Origin: Antedon mediterranea
Taxonomy: Eukaryota > Animalia > Echinodermata
DNA length: 64,000 nucleotides
Direction: 5' to 3'
Assembly (NCBI RefSeq): GCF_964355755.1
Contig: NC_092680.1
Coordinates: 4,960,001-5,024,000 of the forward strand
Shown here: positions 33,064-43,800 of the stretch, in pieces
How the letters are laid out: each line of letters opens with the position of its first letter
How positions within the stretch are numbered: position 1 is the first letter of the stretch
Program-made: the position numbers and the translations under genes
The notes under the pieces: generated by a model
What the model was told of the DNA's origin: nothing
Seen by the model: only the letters and a program-made list of their open reading frames with translations
Database searches by the model: none

Positions 33064-33921
33064 ATGGCAGATTCTGAACAAAATAATAGTAGTTGTTGGA
33101 AGTATATAAAAATGGAAGAAACACTGAAAACAAAGCGTTACTTATTTTATATACAACAATGTAATTATGTATTATGTGTAATTTCCTTTCTTTCAAATAT
33201 CCTAGTTGTATTTCTAATAGCTGCCTCAAAAAAGCTTCATAAAAAACGTAACATATTTATAGGTTTTCTAGCCTTGGCGGATGTAACAAACTCTGCCTAT
33301 ATTTACTTTTCTAACGGGTTACATGCTGTACACATCGATGCATTTGTTTGGATTATAAGAATTGGATATTCCTCAACTTTAATATCAGTTTGTTTCATAG
33401 CATGTATCGCAGTGGATTGTTATATTGCACTTGTAGGAGCACCACTTAAATATCATATTATTGTTACTACTAAAAGATGTGTACTCGTTGTTATCACTGT
33501 GATTGTAACTCAGGTTGCTTTTAGTTTTGCCGTTTATGAAATAGGTTTGTTCTGTTTCATCGGCGTTGTAGGAATATATATTTTAGTTAACACTACTCTC
33601 TATATAATCATATACATTCGTATTCAGAGTCAGCGTGCCAAACTGAATCTAGCCAGAAACGGTCACAACAACAGTAGCAAAATGCTGAGAACGTTTTGTA
33701 TTATCACAGGTGTCCTGTTAACAACATGGGGACTGGCGTGTGTTAACATAGTATACATTGTGGCAGCCTGTGATTTACTAAAGTCTGAAGAGCTTGTGCT
33801 AAGACGGTTTATCGGAAATTTTTTGGTAATTTGTAATTCTCTTGCAAACCCAATGATTTACATGTTCAGATTGGATGAGTTTCGAAAAGCTGCCACAGAA
33901 ATAAGTTGTATGTTATTCTAA
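33064..33921 (+). CDS. Class A orphan GPCR (DCY)
   Basis: Start placed at MADSEQNNSSCW by homology with paralogues (upstream in-frame ATGs exist); AVDCY, PLKYH, NPMIY, FRKA. Confidence 0.88.
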   Translation: MADSEQNNSSCWKYIKMEETLKTKRYLFYIQQCNYVLCVISFLSNILVVFLIAASKKLHKKRNIFIGFLALADVTNSAYIYFSNGLHAVHIDAFVWIIRIGYSSTLISVCFIACIAVDCYIALVGAPLKYHIIVTTKRCVLVVITVIVTQVAFSFAVYEIGLFCFIGVVGIYILVNTTLYIIIYIRIQSQRAKLNLARNGHNNSSKMLRTFCIITGVLLTTWGLACVNIVYIVAACDLLKSEELVLRRFIGNFLVICNSLANPMIYMFRLDEFRKAATEISCMLF

Positions 33922-33942
33922 ACAGTAGGCAAAACGAGGTTA

Positions 33943-34116
33943 GGAATTTTGGTAATTTTCCATTTTTTGGTAATTACTGTAGTAATTCTCTTGCAAACCC
34001 AATGATTTACATGTTCAGATTGGATGAGTTTCAAGAAGCTGCCAAAGAAATAAGTTGTATGTCTTTTAAACGATGATGATGGTAAACAATGATTAACATG
34101 TTCAGATTGGATGAGT
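33943..34116 (+). repeat. Tandem partial re-duplications of the TM7/helix 8 end of the last GPCR
   Basis: gtaattctcttgcaaacccaatgatttacatgttcagattggatgagtttc is repeated at about 33982-34033, and a shorter piece again at about 34087-34116. Confidence 0.85.
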
Positions 34117-34836
34117 GTCGGTCTGAGAAGGATCTTTATAATTGAAAAAGTTTTTTTTCTATTAAAATTTAAAAACATATTAACCAGGATATCATTAAAC
34201 CAAATTGACTTTTCTTAATGTGGTTATGATGTGGTCCTTTTTAGTCACGTGGACGCGACTCTATAGTTCACTATGTCGGTCGGTCGGTCTGTCTGTCGGT
34301 CCGGTATCACTATGCGTTTTAGCACGCGACTTATGGCTGTTGGCCTTGTTAACTTTGAATGGCTAAATATGTGTTAGTGTTGCAAGGAGTATTAGGCAAA
34401 AACAAGGATACTATTATTCTGATTAAAATTATATTTATTAACATATATTTAATAAATATTTACAATTATACATTTTGGAAAACTAAACAATATATGGAAA
34501 AAAATGTTAAAAGTAAGATATCTTCGGCAAGAAATGTCGAATACACTATTACTTGTTTTAAAGAAACATTACGTAACTGAAGTCGGTATTATGTGTTTAT
34601 AAGGTAAAATATAGAAACAATGTTTTTCTGTATCAGACTTTTTATTTAGATAAATTACTACACTTCTAATTTTCACACTACAAAACAAAATGACAAAGCA
34701 TGATAATTAAGCCATTCCGTGATGAAACTCTTCTTATCTGGGAGACTAAAATATAGATATTGTGTGGAGACATACGGAATTCTAATTCACTGAAAGTCTG
34801 ACATGTTTTTGTATTCATAATATCTACTGTATATGA

Positions 34837-37800
34837 CTATGATCCGTCAATGACATCTTTATCTTTAAATTCCAATGTATATGTTACTAAATGTCCCTTG
34901 TCTAGTGCGTATAGCTTGTTGTCGCTAAAATTGTACGTGAGCATTGTTAGTTTACCGTATCTGATAGCAAACTTCAAGTCAATATTAGGCAGTTCCTTAC
35001 CACTATACAAATCAAAAGCATAGTTTAAGGTTGTCTCTCCCTGCGTGTTACTTTTAACAGTGTAAAGAACACCGCATACTATTATCGCCTCCGCCGCCTC
35101 TCTTTTCAAATAACCCGTTTGTATCGTTTTTATGACACTTAGATCTTGGCTATCTAACAAACTAACAAAGATATTTCCGCCACTTTTCGCAGTTGAATAA
35201 ATTACCCACAATCCATTTTCATCTGCTTCAAAGTCTATAAATGTGTATTCGCTCGTGTATCCGTACAAACGGCTGTTTCGGTAAGCCATTGAAGGGATAT
35301 CGTTACTTGCAACAACTGTTTTTGTTTTTAAATCATAGCGGACAACTTGACGGAGACTTCGATGGTAATAGAATGACCCGTTGTACACTATATGGCCCAT
35401 ACCGTCCCAGTAAAAGGGTAGTCTGTAGACGTATGAGGAGTTACCACTTTTGAACGCAGACATTGAGTTGTATTCTGTAAAAACAAAACGAAAATTATGA
35501 TACATCATTCAGTTTGATTGCTTGACTACAATAGGGCTAGCTTTAACAAACAAATGTTGCAATAAAATATATTTATAGGCCTACAAACAAATATATTATG
35601 ATAGTTACATACATCTACCAAGATAGATCTAACCATAGATATCCAGAAAATATATTAGATATACTGTACTTTCTCTGGGAATTGGGTGGTATAAAAAAGG
35701 TTTTTCAAAGACGCACAGCATTTATTTATTTTACCTTATGTATAGAAGGTGACCCTAATCAGCCCCATCTTGATGAATTACATTATTAATGTGCTTACGG
35801 AAGCAACGAGTTAATAGGGAGTTTTCGCTTAATCCTAAAATATAACGTTATTTCCCAAAATCTCTCTTTTTAAAAAACAAATAAATATTTCCAAAATTAA
35901 AACAAAGATTAAATAATAAAAATAATTACATCATACCAGTACATAAAATAATTTAAAATCGTAGATTGACTGAAGTAACTTGGACATTTTTTATTAGATT
36001 AGCTAAGTGGAAACAACAAGCTTAACGTTTACTAAAAAACATTTAAGTTTGTGGTTCAGGGCACAGCGCAGAACTACTAACAATAGCAAGCTGCGTAATT
36101 TGCAAAATACAGGTATTTGCATACAGATGTTTCTTATGCAATGCGTGATTTCAGCGGTAGTCTTCACTTTACTTTAAAAAATGACTGATATAACTGTGGA
36201 TGCAGTAAAATGTAGGCCTACCTTTTAGAACATTCCCCAGGAAGCCTTCTGCGAACCAGAGCTTATTGTTATTTCCAAGAGGATCTCTCATCCACGTGGC
36301 ATGATACACACCCTGCTTAGCTTCTTTGCGAAATCCAGTTACACCAACCATTTCACAATCTATGTAAGTAAAACAAATATCAAATTATAGTTAGGCCCAT
36401 GCCAAAAGTAACATTTTTATTGAAACAATTATATTGTATGATGATGATTGAAACTTTGTTTCCACTTTAACATAGTTTCGATTTTTATCGTATCGATATA
36501 TTTTTCTGTAGGCCTAACCGTTTTGTGTTATTTATGCAATTCAGCTCTCATGGCTAAAAAACGTACCATTTTACTAGGCCTATTTATTTTGTATATCTCT
36601 ATGTATGTTGAAAAATATATACCGATAGTAATCTTAGTTCAATACATTTTTTATTTAGTTGTAGTAAATTATTCAGTTTATTTCTTGGCACAGTCCTGAC
36701 ACAAACTTTGTAGGTGGCAAATCAAGTTTATTTTATTATTCTAAAAGCTTATACATTTCTACTAGTAGTATTATTACTAGCAAATTCGTTTATTATAATG
36801 ATAATAATAACTATAGTATGATAACAACAACTTTAAATGTAAATATGTATATGTTTGTATGATGTAGTATGTTTAAGCAGATATTAGCCCTTGATGGCAT
36901 TAGCAGCAATAAAAAAATTGAATTGAATTGAATTTGGAATATAAAACTGATTATTACCTCCTCCCGGACGTCTTTCAAATGGCGGTTCTTTTTCCTCTTC
37001 TATGATATTCTTTTCATCCACATTTTCCATTTCCTCATCATCTTGAAACACAAATTTATTAAAATATATTACACAAACATTCGGTATACCTCTTAAAGGA
37101 TCAATATGCCTAATTATATATTGGTGTAAATAAAACTTACCTCCATCAACAGTCTTACCTGAATTTCCATCGCCAGGCATAACACCTTAAAATAAATTAA
37201 TTTAAACACTTCAATACCGTATATCAAACAAAATATCTGTTCAGATAGATAATAGGCGCACTAGTTAGTGGAATTAAAGAGAAATGTAAATCACTTTACA
37301 CTCTAACTAGTTTGACAAAAGAAGTGTGATGTGCCCAAATATTGTAGTGAAATGCCCAAATAGGGTAGTGATATGACATCATCATCATGTTCATATATGG
37401 GCACATCACATTTTTTCGTCACATAAAGTTTGATAGTGTATACAGAGCTTAACGTCTATATTTTAAAATAGAGTTGAATTTGAACGGTTTCGTTACTTAT
37501 AATGCTTAATTTGAAATTGTAAACAAAAAATCGTTCTTAAAGCTTGATTCACACAAGGAATGCCAATCACAAGGGATTAGTTATTCAAACGGTCATTGGT
37601 CAACTCGCTTACGTCCTTTCGTTGCGTCCTAGTGGGAACCAAGCTTTAGTCGCAAACATTGTGTTTCTTGGTGTAAATGCTTACCTGAAGCACCCTTTTC
37701 ACCCTTTTCTCCTGGGGGTCCTGGTTGGCCGATCTTACCTGGTAATCCTATGGCTCCATCATTACCTTCCACATTTAAAAAATAGGTAATCAAACATTTT

Positions 37801-40800
37801 GAATTAAACATTATTCTAAAATAACTTCAATATGATATACATCATTTAGTTCAACTTAATATACAATAACTCTATTAATCTAATTAAACATTATTCTAGA
37901 AATACGAATTTAAAATACCAGTGTCTCCTTTCTCTCCAGAAGGTCCCATTTGGCCTTTCTCACCTACAAGGAATAGAAAAAAGCCCAAAACAATTAATTT
38001 GCATATTATTGCTTTAATTATCTGAAAATGAACTAGATTCTAGTCCTGATTAAAATAAAACACCATTCTAACCTGCAGCCAGTCCGTGTTAAACGATATA
38101 GGCCTAGTATTTATTCGCTTCTTTGAAATCAGTTAGTGTCACAGGCACATCACACTAAACATAGTTTATGTTTGCCCTGAGACGAATAATCATCTTGTAT
38201 ACTCCTCACTACAGACAAACTTGGTGGTAAGTGATATAGAGGTGTCTTGCCATAGAATCAATTGCTTTTTTTTCCGAAAATAATTAACATATGCCCACTT
38301 GATTCTCTTGATTCTATTCTCCTGAATCTATTCATATCTACACAACTTATCCTTAGACAGTAATGTTATGCAATAATACTTTAAACTGTTTTAATTTCAA
38401 GTACTAGTTATTGCTGTCCCCGGGGACATTTTGATAGAAACGTTAAGCTCAACAGTTCTTTTCAGAATGCTAGAAGTAACTTGCCATATGTATCTGAGCA
38501 TGTGCAAATGTATATAAAAGCGCTCAGATAATGTACAGAGGGCAGTATAATGATATAAGCAGTGAGTTAGGCAGAAAAACAAACAAAAATAATAATTGAC
38601 TTAGGCACTTTTGTTATGAGGCTGTTTCATGAACAAAACCTGTCTTCATACCGAGGAAGGACTAGTGCGATGTTTGCGTTAGAGCAAAACACGGGAACAT
38701 TGATGCAGCTAAGCATGAGGCACATATTTTGAGCAAAAACCAAGCCAGAAAAGAAAAGTCTGAGGATAAAGATATTAATGCAAGTGATGAGGTGTCAGTG
38801 AAAGTGAAAAGCCAGTACCATGTACTACAAAACAAAACTACAAGTGCACAATTTCACCCTCTACGATTTAAAGAAGAAAGAGGGATATTGTTACGTGTGG
38901 TAGGAACACGAAGGCGATTTGAGTAGTGATGTGTTTGCATCTATGCAATACACTCACATCAACAAAGTAATTGAGAAAAACCCACTTATCAAAGAAATCA
39001 TTATCTGGAGCGACGGTTGCGGATACCAAAATCGCAATGCAACTGTCGCTAATGCATATCTGCAGTTGGCGATAACAAAAAAATATCTTGTCGCAGGACA
39101 TACACAAATGGAGGTGGACTCCATGCATGCAACGATTGAGCGTAAAATTGTAGGCGATATCTTTACCCCGAGAGATTACATTGTCGACAACGACCAACGC
39201 CATACCATGTTAGTCAATTAAGTCATGAACAGTCTAGTATACGGCCAGGGAAAAAAATCAAGAGATCCAACTGTTCACGATTTGAGAGCATTGGAGTATA
39301 CCACCAATGGGCAGATCAAGTTTAAACTGTCATTCGGTACTGAAATCCAATGGGAAGGATCAAAATCCCAAATAGGCTTTTTGGATGGGTGCAACTATTT
39401 AGTGACCCTAAAGCGATAACTCTACGCAAGTTCAATGAATTGCAGTCGATGAAGCATGTTTTGCCGCACTGCACGCACAACTATTTCGATAGTTTGCCCC
39501 ACACGGAAGTTTGAACATTTCGTTATAATTTGGGGTGTAGGGCAGGGGTTTGGGGGAGGGTGTTGTATACGGTAGTTTGTAGTTTATAATCATATTGTGC
39601 GCCAATGTTGTTTAATTTCACTGTTTGATAACTTAATTAACTTCATTAGGTTATTTATTTTGTAAAGTCAGTTGTAAAACTGCTGCCTACGTCATACTAT
39701 ATTTAAAATATGTTTGCCTAAGTCATTTTATTACGTTGCGCACGCAATAATTATATTGCGTCTTCTTACCTATATTACATTTAGCTTCTATTGATATATA
39801 TTTATAGAAAAAAAATAATGAATAAAGTTTTGTTTTTAAAGAATTTATGAGGTTTTTTGTCTTTTTCTCAAAACTACAAAAAAAATGACTTAGGCACTTT
39901 TGTTATGAGGTTTAAAATCTTGTAAATTCACTTTCTTTTCCAAATTACCTCCTTTATCATTACTTTTCTTATTTTTCCCATACTACACTTACAAAAGAAG
40001 TTTAAAAAGTTAACACAATCTATTCTTTATGACCAATAGACCTAGTTTGACATTATTATTCAATTAAATCTTATGGCATAGAATTGTTGTTGGATAATCG
40101 TGAATTACCTCTTAAACCATTGAAACCAGGTTGGCCATTTTCCCCTTTCTGGCCTCTTCTTCCGGGTTTTCCCTGTATCCCTGGTTGTCCAGTATCACCT
40201 AATAGTAAATAAAAATCAATAAATTGTATGTTAAAGCATGCAATAAAATAATGTAGCAACACTTATTATACAAACTTAACAAAGTTTTAATATTAATACA
40301 AGGAGTAAAGAGTAATGATATCAAGTTGAATTTATTCCTACTTATTTACAAAAATGATGATGATGTTTAAACGCATATTCCCTGATCCATTGGTACCGGA
40401 AATGAACAACAGGAATCACGTCCACACCGTATGTTATACTGTATAATAATATTACGTAATTAACCTTATAAGTTCATCATGCATAAAGAAGATTAGCTAA
40501 TAAATAGCACCATCACATAATGGTGACAGGGGCTGGTCAAGCGCATCACAAGATGACAGTTTTTATTACTTTTGCTTTTCCGCTACTCCCCTGTTATACT
40601 TTATAAAAAAAGAAAATAAATAAATAATAATACGCCTACAAAAAATTATTTGCGCCGTTTCTTAAATTCTTTCTAGATAAAGCATAAAAGATTAGCCTAC
40701 CTTTATAACCCATTTCACCTGTTAAACCAGGCAGACCCGTTTCACCAATATCTCCTTTCATTCCACGTTTTCCTGAAAAATTGATCATTTTAAATTATGT

Positions 40801-43800
40801 AAAAAGAGGCCAAAAATTAATGGTAATGACAGAAACAAAATAAAGCTTAGATTTAAAATTAAGGATTTATATACAACGTTTGGTTGCGCATGCTCTGAAC
40901 ACACTTTCATTAAAACAATAACAGCTGTTGAGTTGAAGTTGATGCTGATACTTTTACCTTTTTCTCCCTTAGTACCTGGCTGTCCGATACCATTTAAACC
41001 TGGCAGCCCCATTTGTCCTGGCAGTCCGATATTTCCCTTTACTCCTTTAGGACCAGTTATTCCTCTCTGCCCCGGTGATCCTGGCGGCCCTGGTGGACCA
41101 GTTAGTTCACTAACATTTTCAGCAAGTTCAGTTAACTGTGCAACATAATGTCCATGAAGTCTCTGTTCAGCTTCGACAAGATACGCATTTATCTTATATT
41201 GTAATTCATTTGAAACATTCTGCAGATGTTTGAAATAATCATCATCTTTAACAGAGTCGATGTATTCAGAAACTATTTCTGTTTGAGTTTCATAAATGAC
41301 GTCAGGTGTCAATGAACTCTGTTTAGAAACTTCAAGAATAATTTGTTGTAACCGTTTGTTAAATGTCTCTGTAAAATTATTCAACTGAGTAAATACTTCA
41401 CCTGTCGGAGAAAAATATCAAGTGAATATTCAAAATTATACAAAACACTATTCTTGTAGTGGATGTTTTTTTATAACAAGCTTCTCTTACAAGTTGACCT
41501 GAACGCATGATCAACGCCATAAACACATTGTATTTCATCTACTGCTATAGCAGTATCTGTCTATATTTATATTTACTTTACGATTTGTTGATCCCACAAC
41601 ATAAACGTATCATTATCAACGCATATGTATTCATATTATTCTAAGAATTAATCTTTTAGAATGTTAACTGTTAATAATAAAGTGTTTTACTTTAAAAAAA
41701 TCAATCAATGGCGTTAGTTCTTAATTATTGATGTAGGCGACAGCTTAAAAATACTTTGTTTCATGAAATTTCAACTACACCGCCAAGCTCTTCTCTAATA
41801 ATAATTACCACCAATCCAGTTGTGACTTACTTGTATCGCATTGACATCTTCCAGTTTGGCCCTTTGGACCTGCCATACCTGGTAGTCCTTGAATTCCTAC
41901 TGGCCCAACTGGGCCTTTGCTGCCTGATTCTCCTTTCTGTCCGGTTATACCCGTACGTCCTAGTTCACCCTTTTCACCACGTTTTCCTTTATGCCCCTTT
42001 TCTCCCTTTTCACCTAAAATAATAAGTTTTACAAAAGTACAGGTGCATTTGTGTTTAACAATCCAGTTTGATAAAAATAGATTAAAAACATTTAGCTGGC
42101 GTCCTTCGCACTTTAAGTCTGTTTTCCACAGACAACAAAATACACGACATGGATAAATTTATATTGTTCTATTAGGTTCAATGAATTGGAACGATAACTT
42201 TCTATCATGATTAAATTACCATTTTCAAAGGTGAATCAACCTCAATAATCATAAAGTAGTATATTAGTATTATTTGTTTACTTATTTTGTTAAAAATAGT
42301 ATTGGTACATTGTTGTTTTATGGTATTATGATATTTCTGTATCTACAATTCTATCGTAAAAGAAATGTAATTCGAAATCGTGTAATTACTATACTGATGT
42401 CAGTTTAAAATACTGTACTACTGTATATACATCCGTTTATGCCATTATGTTATTTCAAGTACACCACAGAGACACGGAATGTTATTTAAAGAAATTTAGT
42501 AGACTGCATGCAAGTGCCGAACCGTCACCAAACAGGTAGGCCATGTGAGTGATGTGAAGTAAAGTCAGTGGGAAAAAATGCGAAGAAGGCAAATGTTTAT
42601 TTTCGTTTGGCCAATTAAGTAGTCAGCTGTAGTCCACTCTTGTAATAAAGTGATCTACACGTTCAATAGAAATTCCATTAAAAAGAAAGTAAACTTGTAT
42701 ACCATTAAATTCTACTTTCTTTTTAAATAAAAGAATTAAATTTAATTCTTCCCTTTTATAAAATGTAAGGTTATTTATTTAATTGATATAATAATCATGC
42801 TTTTAGAATATGAAAGTGAAAAAAAAAATAAATGGAACGTGTGGAACCCAAGCTTTAGGAAAGAAATAAGTAAGCAGCTGCATATGACCAACACATCTGC
42901 GACTAACAAACAAGGTTCTGCACAGTATAGGGAGATGATGATTTATAATTTCACATAATAAAATGTAGATGCATACAATTGAACCAAATATTTTACTCGC
43001 CGCTTCATCATATGATGTCTACATTTATAAATTTGTACGAGAATGATCTTTAATTTCATTTTTTAAATGGTGTAATCAAAGTGCCCCAAAAAGAAAGGTT
43101 AACAAAATATAGGCCTAAAGTCATTTTTTTTCTAAATAGAACATAGGTTAGAGAGTAATAGATGGAAATATATAAAAATACCTGGTAGGCCCTATTTAAT
43201 AAAATAAATATACTGTAATTATAATTATAATAAAATGAAAACCTTTCAACCCAATTGGACCTGGGAACCCAGGTTGTCCTTTTGAAATCACCAGAAGCCT
43301 ATGGGAAGCTAAAACAAATAAAAAAGAAAATAATGGTACAGTATTGTTTATTGTTATTGTCACGGTACAATTCGATATTGTATGTTTATCAATGGTTTCA
43401 GTTTTCTTTGTTGACTCACTAATTAAGTAACTAATCTAAATGTGTGTGTAATGTTTAAAATACTTACATGCACTTGGGTCATCTGCAACTTCTAATTCTT
43501 CTCTAAATGTGTCTAAAAGTATGAAAAAATAAAGTTGGAGAGATTCTATACAAAAGTGTAGAGGAACACTGGTGAACAAGTAGCAGAAATGATGTAACCT
43601 TTTAGTTAAACCAATTTAACTTCTTATATAATTTACCTGTAGGTTCTGGTATTGCATCTTTAAATCCAGATTTCACTGCTGTTGTTGAACCAGCATATTC
43701 TACTTCCTTCTTCGATGGGTTGGGTTCTTTAGTAAAGAGATCTTCAGTCTTTACTGATAAAGTCTTGCTGATATCTTCTATGGCTGCAGTGTTTTCAGAC

